Below are positions 1-9,820 of a stretch of DNA of 64,000 nt, in pieces. Source of the stretch: an uncultured Methanosarcinales archaeon (GTDB lineage: Archaea; Nanobdellota; Nanobdellia; Woesearchaeales; JASKKU01). The notes below the pieces were generated by a model that had not been told where the DNA came from, did no database searches, and was given only the letters and a program-made list of their open reading frames with translations. A program made the translations under genes and the position numbers. The stretch is taken from contig CAYQFL010000001.1 in the NCBI GenBank assembly GCA_964416905.1, forward strand, positions 94,647 to 158,646, read 5' to 3'. How positions within the stretch are numbered: the stretch's first letter is position 1; the number at the start of each line of letters is the position of its first letter.

Positions 1-1
1 A

Positions 2-91
2 GCAAAGAAAACAACCAAAAAGAAGCCTGCAACGAAAAAGACAACTAAGAAAAAAGCAACCACGAAAAAAACAACTAAAAAGAAAAAGTAA
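2..91 (+). CDS. 3' end of an upstream gene; only a Lys/Thr-rich basic tail (…KKTTKKKPATKKTTKKKATTKKTTKKKK*) is in the window
   Basis: Frame 2 is open from the window edge to a TAA stop at 89-91. The low-complexity K/T repeat resembles the tails on other proteins in this window. Confidence 0.35.
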   Translation, partial: AKKTTKKKPATKKTTKKKATTKKTTKKKK

Positions 92-211
92 AACCTTTCT
101 ATTTGTTTTTATTTCTAGATTTATATTTTCTTATTTTTAGGTTATTAACTCAAAATAATTAAAAAATCAAAAAACATAAACATTAAAAACAAATAATACT
201 TATTTGTAAAA

Positions 212-1138
212 ATGAAATTTGATGAAGTTGTTAATAAAATAAAAACATTAGAGATCCAAGGCGCTGAAGTTATTGCTGAGGCAAGCGTAAATGCAATTCT
301 ATCAGTTATTGAAGAAATACACAATTGGGACAAGGAAAAGATTATCGATAAGCTACAATCTTGCAAGGAGATTCTAATAAAAACCAGGCCAACAGAACCA
401 GCAATGGTGCATTCATTAAACTATCTGCTTGACTTCAAGAGCTTCCCTAATTTCAAAAAGATGGATTCTGATGAACTAATTAAAGAACTTGTTAAGAGGT
501 CGAATTTCATAATAAAACACTTTTCAGAGAGTGATGAAATTATTGCTGAAATTGGTTCTAAAAAAATAAAGAAAAATTTTGTTGTTTACATTCACTGCCA
601 TTCTTCAACAGTTATGAGAATACTAAAAAAAGCCTGGGATAAGAACATAAAATTTGAAGTTTATGTAACTGAAACTAGACCACATTATCAAGGAAGAAGA
701 AGTGCAAAGGAGTTAAGCGAACATGGAATTCCTGTCACCTATTTTTTAGACTCTGCTACAAGGTTTGCAATAAAAAAGGCAGACATTATGTTAATAGGCG
801 CAGATGCTATAACAAATGATGGTAAGGTAATAAACAAGATAGGTTCTGAGCTTTTTGCCATAATCGCCAATAAGTACGATGTCCCGGTTTATTCCTGCAC
901 GAATTCTTGGAAGTATGATCCTGAAAGCCGGTTTGGATATGAAACTCCTATTGAAAAAGGAAGGCGAGAAGCAATTTGGGAAGATGCTCCTAAAAAAATA
1001 AGAATACATAGCGATTTATTTGAGAAAGTGGAGCCCAAACTAATCTCAGGCATCATCTCCGAATTAGGCATTTATCCGCCTGAAGTGTTCATTGAAGAAG
1101 TGAAACGAAAATATTCTTGGTTCTTTGAGAAATATTAG
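212..1138 (+). CDS. eIF-2B alpha/beta/delta family protein (aIF-2B subunit, ribose-1,5-bisphosphate isomerase or MTR-1-P isomerase-like)
   Basis: 308 aa. The motif 'LIGADAITNDGKVINKIGSELFAIIA' is typical of the eIF-2B / R15P isomerase family. Length and domain order fit. Confidence 0.7.
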   Translation: MKFDEVVNKIKTLEIQGAEVIAEASVNAILSVIEEIHNWDKEKIIDKLQSCKEILIKTRPTEPAMVHSLNYLLDFKSFPNFKKMDSDELIKELVKRSNFIIKHFSESDEIIAEIGSKKIKKNFVVYIHCHSSTVMRILKKAWDKNIKFEVYVTETRPHYQGRRSAKELSEHGIPVTYFLDSATRFAIKKADIMLIGADAITNDGKVINKIGSELFAIIANKYDVPVYSCTNSWKYDPESRFGYETPIEKGRREAIWEDAPKKIRIHSDLFEKVEPKLISGIISELGIYPPEVFIEEVKRKYSWFFEKY

Positions 1139-1156
1139 AATATCATGATTTTTGTT

Positions 1157-2017
1157 TTATTTTTTAGTTTTGGGTTTTGATTTTCGCTTTTTAGAATCAG
1201 TTTTTGTTGCTTTCTTTACAGCTTTAGCTTTTTTCACTTCTTTTTTCTTAACGCTTTTAGCTTTAGATTTCTTCACTTTATCTTTCTTTTTTGAAGATTG
1301 CTTAGAAGAACTCTTTTGCTTTGCTTTAGTTTCCTTTTTCTTTTTAGAACTTGATGTTTTCTCTTTTTTACCAGAATCTTTTTCTTCCGAATCCGTAGAC
1401 TTTGATCTTCTTTTCTTTGGCAATTCTTTCTCAGGAGCCACAGTTTGCTTACGTTTCCATTCGGGGATTACTTTATTTTCGAACTCATCTATCTCCTTAA
1501 CTAGTTCTTCGCGTTTCTTCTCAAGTTCTTTTATAATGTCCTCATTCTTGACTTCATCCATAATTAAACCACATTCGGGGCAGGTAAAATTAAAATCCAT
1601 AGCTTGTTCAAAACTTAACCTCATACACCGATTTTGGCAGGAGAAAAAAAAATTGTTCTTCTCTCTTTCCAACCTTGACTCAATACGTGCAAGCTGATCC
1701 TTTAAGATTTTAAGATAGAGATAAGGAATATTTGACAAATCAGGAGTCCAGTAGTAAATATACCAACCTTTTTGTTTATCCTTCTTTCGCTTAAATTTAA
1801 GAAGATTATATTGCTGCAACCTATACAATTGATTCCTCATAACATTCAAATCCAGGTTTAGAGCCTCAGCTATCTCAAACTCTGAAACATTATACTTGCC
1901 TTTAAGGAAGTGAATAATTGGCAGAGTATCCTCTCCACATAAATAGGATATTACCTTGTCCTGTAATTTTTCATCGATTTTCATTTCTAATCTAAAATAT
2001 ATGTCTTCTTGGGACAA
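1157..2017 (-). CDS. tfe: Transcription factor E (TFIIE-alpha homologue) with a ~100-aa Lys/Ser-rich C-terminal tail
   Basis: N-terminal winged helix followed by a zinc ribbon 'CQNRC…FTCPECG'. The C-terminal KKAKAVKK… low-complexity tail spans roughly 1157-1456. Confidence 0.75.
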   Translation of the reverse strand: MSQEDIYFRLEMKIDEKLQDKVISYLCGEDTLPIIHFLKGKYNVSEFEIAEALNLDLNVMRNQLYRLQQYNLLKFKRKKDKQKGWYIYYWTPDLSNIPYLYLKILKDQLARIESRLEREKNNFFFSCQNRCMRLSFEQAMDFNFTCPECGLIMDEVKNEDIIKELEKKREELVKEIDEFENKVIPEWKRKQTVAPEKELPKKRRSKSTDSEEKDSGKKEKTSSSKKKKETKAKQKSSSKQSSKKKDKVKKSKAKSVKKKEVKKAKAVKKATKTDSKKRKSKPKTKK

Positions 2018-2171
2018 TAGGCTTTATAAAGCTTATGATAAACTAAAAAGAGATTAAACATAAAGATAAGTACAAAGGCTCGAATGAAGATTTACAAGAA
2101 TATCGTGGATGTTTACTTATGAGGCTTGATAAAAAGAAAAGTTTTATAATAGAAAAAACGTTTAAAAAAGT

Positions 2172-3428
2172 ATGGCAAAGATAATCTCTTTAAACAGATG
2201 CTCTGAATTTAGTTCAGATATTGTTGGGGAAAAAGCTAAGAATTTATCCATAATCTCGAAAGATTATCCGATTCCTGAAGGGTTCGTCCTGCCTTATGAT
2301 TTTATTCAAGAAGCCATTGATAACTCTGGAATTGATAATGATAAGAAAAAAGTTGCTTTAAATAAAGAAACGCTTGACGAACTGGAAAGCATATATTCTG
2401 CATTAAATGTATCTGAGAACGATTTTCTCGGTGAAAAGACAATATCACAATTAGTAATTAGGCCCAGCTGTTTACCTTCACAACTAAACAAGGAGATACC
2501 TACAATAATAAACATTCAAGATTTCAAAAGCCTTGTAGAGTACTTAGAAAAAGAGCTGTTTGCTTTCTATGAGAAAAAAAGCAAAGGCGGAATAATCGTA
2601 CAAAAATTAGTGAAACCAAAGATTTCTGGACTAGTTTCTGCTTCTGAAAAAACAATTGAAATCAAAACCAATTACGGATACAGCAAAAGTATAAGAGAGG
2701 GTTACTTTGATTCGATAACCTTTGATAGAGTGTCAAGAGAAGTAAATACCAGTATAGGGAATAAGAAATTTGCATATATCTTCAACAAAGAAACAAAAGA
2801 CATAGAACAGGCTGAAGTTGTTGAGCATAAGGCTTACGAATTAAGTGCTCCAAAAGAAATTATAAATAGGGCTATACAGATTGCGTTATACTTAGAATCT
2901 CTTGGCTTCACAGAATTTGAGTTTGCTTACACTGAAGACATCATCATCATCTCTGCAAAGAAAGGAGAAATTGCAGACAGAATCATTAGTGAACAAACAA
3001 GTGCAAACGAACAAAATAAAGAAAATAGTACTAATAACGAAAATGACGAGTTCATTGACTTGCTATCTATGGACTTGTTTAGTGAAGATACTGAAAGTGA
3101 AACAAAAACCGAAACTGATAACATTAATTTTAATATTGAAGTGATTGATTTCCAAGAAGATGATTCAAAGCAAGAAACAAATTTCTCTAACTCGTATATC
3201 TTTGATGAAACAACTAATGTGAAAAAAGCTATAACGCAAGCTGAAGCTGCTGCTGAAAATTTCTTTAGGATAATCAACAATACCTCAAATCAACAATACA
3301 ATACTGTAAAGATTAGTGAAATTTTAGACAAACTAATTCAAAAATTTGTGATAATAAATCCAGCATTAGAAGGGCCGTTAAAACTCCTGAAAGAAGAATT
3401 TCTAAGAGAGTTAGAAAACCAGAAATAA
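2172..3428 (+). CDS. PEP-utilising enzyme N-terminal (PPDK_N / ATP-grasp-like) domain protein with an acidic C-terminal tail
   Basis: The N-terminus 'VGEKAKNLSIISKDYPIPEGFVLPYDF' matches the PEP synthase/PPDK N-domain signature (VGGKxANL…vPxGFvi). The C-terminus is D/E/N-rich low complexity. Confidence 0.5.
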   Translation: MAKIISLNRCSEFSSDIVGEKAKNLSIISKDYPIPEGFVLPYDFIQEAIDNSGIDNDKKKVALNKETLDELESIYSALNVSENDFLGEKTISQLVIRPSCLPSQLNKEIPTIINIQDFKSLVEYLEKELFAFYEKKSKGGIIVQKLVKPKISGLVSASEKTIEIKTNYGYSKSIREGYFDSITFDRVSREVNTSIGNKKFAYIFNKETKDIEQAEVVEHKAYELSAPKEIINRAIQIALYLESLGFTEFEFAYTEDIIIISAKKGEIADRIISEQTSANEQNKENSTNNENDEFIDLLSMDLFSEDTESETKTETDNINFNIEVIDFQEDDSKQETNFSNSYIFDETTNVKKAITQAEAAAENFFRIINNTSNQQYNTVKISEILDKLIQKFVIINPALEGPLKLLKEEFLRELENQK

Positions 3429-3440
3429 AAAAATATTTTT

Positions 3441-5267
3441 TTATAGGTCTTTCATTAACTCATTAATCATTTCTATGAAAGTTGCATTGCTCCACGCTTG
3501 GTTAAATGCGCCCTGGCTAGTTTGTTTCCCTGCAGAACTCAATTCACCTGCTACGCCTAGCGAATTTAACCAGAGTATTTCCTTAGTGCTCGCTGCAATG
3601 ATATCTGCAATATAATTCGCGTATCTTGATTTATCAAGCCTGTACATTGCAATTGCCGCCAAGTTGTTTAAGAAATACCATGAGTCGCCTCTGTGATAAC
3701 TTCTTACATCTTCGCCAGTATGCTTTGAACAGAACAATTCTGACTTCTTGTCAATAGTGGCAAAACCTCCCCAAGGCATCCATAATCTTTTAATGGCTTC
3801 GTCAAAAACATTCCGCCATTGCAAATAAGACAGCATCTCTGGATAGAAATAATATGCTATGAACACGTTTGGTCTAAAGAATCTGTTATTTAAGTCATCA
3901 TACAAAAGATTCCCATCGTAAAAATTGTTAACCGTAGCAATCCTCATTTTATTCTCCATGTCTCTATAGTATTCCTTACCTGTCAGGGCATAAGCCAACC
4001 TATGCAGATACATGTACATAGCCTGAACTTCTAAAAGGAAACCTTCTCTTACATCCTTACCAAAACTGGAATCCATCCAAGTTTCCTGTTTATCTGCATA
4101 AATCAAGTCACCTTTAACAAAGTACTTGTCAATCAAATCTAGAACTCTAAGCAAAGTTGTCTCAAATTCTTTAATAAACTTCCTAGAGAAAAGATAAGCC
4201 GATAGATTTTCTTTCTCAGCAAATCTGACTAAAAAGGCAATGCTGTGGAACAACCAAGGCAAAGCATCTATTGAAAAAATGCCCTTCTCACTTAAATTAG
4301 AGTAAATCTTTCCGTTGTAATACACATTCTTCATGAGGTTTTCCATATATTTCCTAGCTTTGTTTAACTCGCCGCTCAAAACCAATGCTTTCAAAGACAA
4401 AGCTTCGTCTCGAGTCCATTCCTGATAGAACCAAGGCAAACCCGCCATTAAGTAATCATGTGTAGCTAAGGACAATAAAGAATGCTGAGCTCTGCTGTAT
4501 GCAAAATTAACTTCCTCAAAGCGACAAACTCTGTTCAAATTAAAAGCAATCTCATCCTTAACAATCTTATCAAAAACCTTAAACCGCGCATTTATCTGAT
4601 TATATCCCTGTTCAAAGTTGTCAGAAACAAGAATCATAAACCTATTAGCTTTCAGCTCAACAGCATTAAAGACATATCTTTCAGTTATTGGGGAATTTCT
4701 TTCCGCATCATAATCATACTTTCTATGTTTCCAGGAATCTGTACGTTTGCAAGAACCATTAAACTTAATGAAAACATATTTCTCGAATTCTTTCCTGCCT
4801 GAATCAGGGTCTTCTTTTTCATCAGTCTTCTTAACAAAATGAATCAAGCAGAGGTTATCTTTGATCATCTTAAAATCATAAATTCTTCCCCACTCCCTGT
4901 CATCAAACATTCTCTTAACATCAAAGTAAAGTTTCATTGTTAACGACGAGTTTGACTCATACAACAAAGAACCTGTATCTGAATCTATGTAAAAAGAATT
5001 ACTTATAAATCCAAAGTATGTTGTAAAAGAATTACCTATTACAACAACCTTATCTGGATGGAAATCTAAACCTTCAAACTCTATGCTGTCAAGAATCTTA
5101 AAAAAATCCTGCTGCTTGACAAAGAAACCATCAAACCTGCTTCTTTTTCCCATAGGTATTGTAAAATAGGCTTTATTAGTAAATATTGACAACCGATAAT
5201 CTGGATCAACAGGTTCAGAACTGATTACTTTATCTTCTCCGCCATAATAAATCTTAGTCATGTTCAA
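3441..5267 (-). CDS. Glycogen debranching enzyme-like protein (amylo-alpha-1,6-glucosidase, GDE_C six-hairpin glycosidase family)
   Basis: 608 aa with a 'GLPWFYQEWTRDEALSL' region typical of archaeal GDE_C proteins. It sits in a glycogen gene cluster. Confidence 0.55.
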   Translation of the reverse strand: MNMTKIYYGGEDKVISSEPVDPDYRLSIFTNKAYFTIPMGKRSRFDGFFVKQQDFFKILDSIEFEGLDFHPDKVVVIGNSFTTYFGFISNSFYIDSDTGSLLYESNSSLTMKLYFDVKRMFDDREWGRIYDFKMIKDNLCLIHFVKKTDEKEDPDSGRKEFEKYVFIKFNGSCKRTDSWKHRKYDYDAERNSPITERYVFNAVELKANRFMILVSDNFEQGYNQINARFKVFDKIVKDEIAFNLNRVCRFEEVNFAYSRAQHSLLSLATHDYLMAGLPWFYQEWTRDEALSLKALVLSGELNKARKYMENLMKNVYYNGKIYSNLSEKGIFSIDALPWLFHSIAFLVRFAEKENLSAYLFSRKFIKEFETTLLRVLDLIDKYFVKGDLIYADKQETWMDSSFGKDVREGFLLEVQAMYMYLHRLAYALTGKEYYRDMENKMRIATVNNFYDGNLLYDDLNNRFFRPNVFIAYYFYPEMLSYLQWRNVFDEAIKRLWMPWGGFATIDKKSELFCSKHTGEDVRSYHRGDSWYFLNNLAAIAMYRLDKSRYANYIADIIAASTKEILWLNSLGVAGELSSAGKQTSQGAFNQAWSNATFIEMINELMKDL

Positions 5268-6217
5268 ACACCCCCTCTATAAAAATGTGCAGCATCTTCT
5301 GGAGCAACAACATTGATATGCGTGCCATAAAACTCGAATCCCCCAGGAGTTGTAATCCGGGGGATAATCCTTATGTGGAAATGCAAATCTTTATCAAAGG
5401 TTGAATTCAGCCATACAATATTATATGAACAATTTAACTCTTTCAATTTTAAAAGAATTTGCCTTAAGTGCAAAGCCAACTCATCAAAATGTTCCCTCAA
5501 ATCATTCAAAAATCTAATATGCTTCTTTGGGAAAATCAAAACTTCAAAAGGATACTGAGAAGCGTAAGGAGTAAAAGTAAGAAAATTGTCTGTTTCTAGA
5601 ATTCTCCTATCAGAATTCTTCTCGCGTTCAATAACCCTACAAAAAGGGCAACCTTCAAATTTAGCAACAGCTTTAATCAATTCCCTAACCCAAAACGGAA
5701 CAACATTGTAAGCTATAATTTGTGAATGGGAATGAATTAAAGAAGTTCCAGCTTTTGGACCATGGTTCTTAAATAAACATACATACTTAATGCCTGGAAT
5801 TCTGCTTAATTCCTCTAATCTGAAATTGTAAACCGAAATCAATTCAGACAATTCATGTTCATCCAGATCCCATAACTGTTTATTGTGCTTAGGAGTTTCT
5901 ACTATAACTTCGTGCTTTCCAAAAGCATTTGCAAAAGTAAAGAACTCATTATCGGTTCTAACAATGTGGTCTCCATTTATGTCCACTGCAGCAAACTTGT
6001 TATCAAACCATCTGAACTTCCATGTTCCGTTATGTTCAACCCTGCCTTTTTCTTCAGGAGTTTTATCCTCGTTTCCCGGGCAGAAAGGACAATTCTCATC
6101 CAATTCAGGAAGGTTGCTTAAACTATCGTCTTCAACCTTAAACTGCGAGGGCCTTTTACCTCTATTTGTAGCTAAAATAACATATCTGTCCAACACATAA
6201 TCTTTTCTTAGTTCCAT
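5264..6217 (-). CDS. GalT-like HIT-family hexose-1-phosphate nucleotidyltransferase (galactose-1-P uridylyltransferase or NDP-glucose phosphorylase family)
   Basis: Zinc motif 'ENCPFCPGNE' and HIT-like 'HSHSQ' (HxHxQ) active-site motif. About 317 aa, as in class I GalT. Confidence 0.7.
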   Translation of the reverse strand: MELRKDYVLDRYVILATNRGKRPSQFKVEDDSLSNLPELDENCPFCPGNEDKTPEEKGRVEHNGTWKFRWFDNKFAAVDINGDHIVRTDNEFFTFANAFGKHEVIVETPKHNKQLWDLDEHELSELISVYNFRLEELSRIPGIKYVCLFKNHGPKAGTSLIHSHSQIIAYNVVPFWVRELIKAVAKFEGCPFCRVIEREKNSDRRILETDNFLTFTPYASQYPFEVLIFPKKHIRFLNDLREHFDELALHLRQILLKLKELNCSYNIVWLNSTFDKDLHFHIRIIPRITTPGGFEFYGTHINVVAPEDAAHFYRGGV

Positions 6218-6235
6218 TTTTTAATATTCAATTTT

Positions 6236-8020
6236 TTATTTCTGACTAACCAAATCTTGTGCTAAGTCATAAGCTTTAAAGTAATTCTCAACCAAATTAT
6301 CCCAACTAAACATCAAAGCGGTTTTATATGATTTTATTTTATAATCTACCCTTTTGTCCCGCTTTAAAGTTGAAAACCTAAACATAAGCTTAGCAAGTTC
6401 ATTCACCTGCTCATCATAACTTTTATTAGCCAACCTCAAAACAAAGATACCATTATCTTCTTTTCCAGAATTAATTAAATATCTTCCAAAACCTGACAAA
6501 TCTGAAGTTACTGCCGGAACAGCTCTCATTGCGGATTCAACAGGAGTATAGCCCCAAGGTTCATAAATCGATGGGAACACGCCAAAGTGAGAACCGATTA
6601 TTGTCTCAGAATAATCCAAGTTAAGCAAGCCATCCTTACCTGTTAGATATATTGGATAGAATATAACTTTAACTTTAGATTCCTTCTGGTTCAACAAGTT
6701 AAGCTGTTTTAACTTGTTTAAAATAGGATCTTTGTCTTCATAATTTATATAATGAGTAATCACTGGCGGATTGCCCTCTTTGTTAAAGTATAGCCTTAAC
6801 TTTTTTAATTCTCTTAAGATTTCTGGAGAAACCAGTTTCGACAAACAGATGTCTTTACCAGCCAAAGCACATTGAAATAGCCTATTTAGAATTTGGTTTT
6901 TTGACGAGAACAACTTATCAGCAAAATCGTTAATCAACTCTCGATTTTCAACAATTTCTTCCCTGATGGCTCGACCGCCTGCGGGCACAAACAGAAACGC
7001 GAAAATCGTTTTTTTACTCTTTTTAGAAATCAACATCTCATTAAGTTTAGCTAAAGCATCAAGATATAAGTCAATGCCTTTAGCCTTAAACTCATACCTT
7101 GCTGCCAAAAAGAAAGTTAAACTTTCATCCAAATCTATTGGATAATACGGGAAAAACATATATGTCAAGAAATACCTCATCTTATCTCTGAATTCCCTAT
7201 GCATCATTAACAATTCTTCAATAGAAGTTTCCAGAGGATTAATACCGTTAGGCAAGATAATGTCAGGTTCCTTACCAAAAAACAACTTTGATTCATAACC
7301 GGTTATTTCGCTAACTGTTGAGAAAACATCAACCAGGTTTGCAACAGCTCTTTCTGTCTGATGTTTGGTATGAACTCCTAATCTATAAGATTCTTCATCA
7401 GGATTAATCTTCTCAATAATATCATACAAATTTACACCAGTACCTGAAACAGCCCTGCCTAAAGTTGTGGCATGAGTTGTGAAAACCAACGGAATTTTAG
7501 AAGAGGTTTTAGAATTATCTAAACGCAAATAAAGTGCTGCACCTGCTGACAACCATTCGTGAAGATGAACAACAAAGTTCTCCTTAGGGTTCTCGTTATA
7601 GAACTCCTCAATTAATATTCCTACTGCAGTTGACCAAAGTATGGGCATATCATAATCGTAAAAATCGCTATTCAAAGAATCAATCTTATATTTATCCCAG
7701 TATTTTCCCTTAAATTCTGGAGCTCTACCCAAAAAAGATTCTGAAAGTTCTATCAAGATAGCATTAGGTCTCCCGGGAATCAACCAATTACCAAACCTGC
7801 AAAAAATTCCTTGCTCTTTCAACCTCTCAAAAACCGTCTTAAAACTATCAGGAACAGGTCTTTGAAGAAACTCGCCTCTACTTTTTTCTTTGAAAAAAGG
7901 TCCAATTAAAAAATAGTCGTCTCCAAATTTCTTCTGTACAAACTCTGACTTCGATTTAAGCACAGTATTTATTCCGCCAACCTTATTACAAACTTCCCAG
8001 GAAACTTCAAACAGCTTCAT
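6236..8020 (-). CDS. Glycogen synthase, GT3 (eukaryote-like) family
   Basis: The N-terminus 'LFEVSWEVCNKVGGINTV' closely matches the GT3 glycogen synthase motif (FEVAWEVANKVGGIYTV). Length is ~594 aa. Confidence 0.8.
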   Translation of the reverse strand: MKLFEVSWEVCNKVGGINTVLKSKSEFVQKKFGDDYFLIGPFFKEKSRGEFLQRPVPDSFKTVFERLKEQGIFCRFGNWLIPGRPNAILIELSESFLGRAPEFKGKYWDKYKIDSLNSDFYDYDMPILWSTAVGILIEEFYNENPKENFVVHLHEWLSAGAALYLRLDNSKTSSKIPLVFTTHATTLGRAVSGTGVNLYDIIEKINPDEESYRLGVHTKHQTERAVANLVDVFSTVSEITGYESKLFFGKEPDIILPNGINPLETSIEELLMMHREFRDKMRYFLTYMFFPYYPIDLDESLTFFLAARYEFKAKGIDLYLDALAKLNEMLISKKSKKTIFAFLFVPAGGRAIREEIVENRELINDFADKLFSSKNQILNRLFQCALAGKDICLSKLVSPEILRELKKLRLYFNKEGNPPVITHYINYEDKDPILNKLKQLNLLNQKESKVKVIFYPIYLTGKDGLLNLDYSETIIGSHFGVFPSIYEPWGYTPVESAMRAVPAVTSDLSGFGRYLINSGKEDNGIFVLRLANKSYDEQVNELAKLMFRFSTLKRDKRVDYKIKSYKTALMFSWDNLVENYFKAYDLAQDLVSQK

Positions 8021-8068
8021 AATAATTTAACCTCGAATATTTTTATCAATTTTTACTTTTTTTAGCAC

Positions 8069-8470
8069 TTATTTTTTTTGAGTTGCCGTACTCTTTTTCT
8101 TTGTTCCAGCCTTCTTTCTCTTTTTCTTTTTCTCGTATAATGGAATCAATCGCCTAACCATCTCTCTTAAAATAACTACCTGGATTTCAGGTTTATTGTT
8201 AGCTGAAAGCACTCTTGTTGCCAACTCTTCTTCATCAAAAACATCCTTTATCCAGTTGTAAAAATCGTTCCTTGCATCATTCACATGATATCTAAAAGTC
8301 TCCTCATCCATAAACTCTAAAGCGTCAACAAGTTCAAGCAAATTCTTCAATACTAAGCCATCTCTAACTAAAAAATAATGTTCTGGATCTATCTCCTTAA
8401 ACAAATTATCTTCGTTCGCCTTAGCCTTAACTGAGGCTTTCGACCTTTTGGCACCTTTTTTGAATAACAT
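8069..8470 (-). CDS. Hypothetical small protein with a Lys-rich C-terminal tail
   Basis: 133-aa ORF between glycogen genes. The tail is 'KKKKRKKAGTKKKSTATQKK'. No family recognised. Confidence 0.4.
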   Translation of the reverse strand: MLFKKGAKRSKASVKAKANEDNLFKEIDPEHYFLVRDGLVLKNLLELVDALEFMDEETFRYHVNDARNDFYNWIKDVFDEEELATRVLSANNKPEIQVVILREMVRRLIPLYEKKKKRKKAGTKKKSTATQKK

Positions 8471-8533
8471 TCTTACCCCCCTCTTTTTTTTTCAAAGTAA
8501 AAAATAAACATAAACAAATAACAAAATCTCAAA

Positions 8534-9820
8534 CTAATTTTTATTTGCCAACTTGACTTTTTTAGTTTCTCTTTGCTTACTTTTCTTTTCAGTTTTACTC
8601 TTTTTTTCCGGGTTTAAATCGGATTTGAACTCTTTTATTGCTTTTTCTCTCTTCAAAGCATTTATTCTTTCTTTTATGTCCTGAAAAATATTCATAAAAA
8701 AAATAAACGCTTCATAAGGACTTTCATAAGGGTTAAAGTATTTATGAACATCTCCATCCGAAAAATATTTAGTGCACATATAATAAAAATGATCTGAAGT
8801 CTGGAGCTTTCTCCAATCTTCAAGTAAACTTTTATCATTCAGTTCTTTAATCTCTTTCTCGATAGAATAAATCTTTTCTAATGCGGAATCCTGCATAGCA
8901 TTACTTCTCCAAGCAGAGATATCTCTTTCTATATCCGCCCAGGAAATTAAATGTGGTACATCAACTTCGCCAACAGGGTTGAATTTTTCGATTGCTAAAG
9001 ATGGTGTAGTAAATGAATGGCCTTCCTCAAGCAATTTTTTAGGTAAATGCTTCATAAAATCAAAAATTCCTGTATCCTTCCATTGATGTTCACCAAAGGT
9101 TTCATAATCCATAAACAAGTTTAGAATCTGACCATCAATAGCATTTACCCAAGCCACATATTTTTCAACTGTTAACGGCCACTCCTTCCAATTCCTATCT
9201 GAAAATCTAAATGCGATATCATCTGAAAGCTGATAATTCTTTAACAGCAAAGGCAGCTTAGAACCTTTCGCATAATAAACATAATTAGGACTACGCCATC
9301 CAAGGATATGATCAGCACCTTCTGTAATGACTGCTTTAAAGCCCATCTTCTTGGCAACTTCAGCAAGATTGTTTTCATAAATTAACTCAGTATTCCTGAA
9401 TACAACAGGTTCTTTACCAAATAAAGATTTAACTTTCTCATAATGCAATTTAACCTGCTCAAAGAATTCAGCTATTGAATAAAGATATGCTAAGGAATGA
9501 TAATATGTTTCCCCAAGAATCTCAACATTCTCGTGAGAGACTAATTTCTTAAAACTATCTAAAGTATGCGGACTGTATTCTTTAAGTTGGTCTAAAAAAA
9601 CACCTGAGAAACTAAAAGTTATCTTAAACTCAGGATACTTTTCTAATAGAGTCAGCAGCAAAGAATTCATTGGTAAATAGCATTTCTTACTAACTTTCTT
9701 AATAATCTCTGCGTTCTTCTTCTTATCAAAATAATCGTGATTCCTGCCTATGTCAAAAACTCTATAATCCCTTACCCTGTAAGGTTGATGAACCTGAAAA
9801 TAAAAATTAACTTCTACCAT
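8534..9820 (-). CDS. Glycoside hydrolase family 57 protein (branching enzyme or alpha-amylase/4-alpha-glucanotransferase type)
   Basis: The N-terminus 'VNFYFQVHQPYR' matches the GH57 signature and the length fits. A Lys-rich tail is also present. Confidence 0.7.
   Translation of the reverse strand: MVEVNFYFQVHQPYRVRDYRVFDIGRNHDYFDKKKNAEIIKKVSKKCYLPMNSLLLTLLEKYPEFKITFSFSGVFLDQLKEYSPHTLDSFKKLVSHENVEILGETYYHSLAYLYSIAEFFEQVKLHYEKVKSLFGKEPVVFRNTELIYENNLAEVAKKMGFKAVITEGADHILGWRSPNYVYYAKGSKLPLLLKNYQLSDDIAFRFSDRNWKEWPLTVEKYVAWVNAIDGQILNLFMDYETFGEHQWKDTGIFDFMKHLPKKLLEEGHSFTTPSLAIEKFNPVGEVDVPHLISWADIERDISAWRSNAMQDSALEKIYSIEKEIKELNDKSLLEDWRKLQTSDHFYYMCTKYFSDGDVHKYFNPYESPYEAFIFFMNIFQDIKERINALKREKAIKEFKSDLNPEKKSKTEKKSKQRETKKVKLANKN

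Noticed and set aside
1152-1697. 181-aa plus-strand ORF rich in F/L/S
   Set aside because: It is the reverse complement of the Lys-rich tail and zinc ribbon region of tfe. The low-complexity antisense translation has no start context and overlaps a confident gene entirely.
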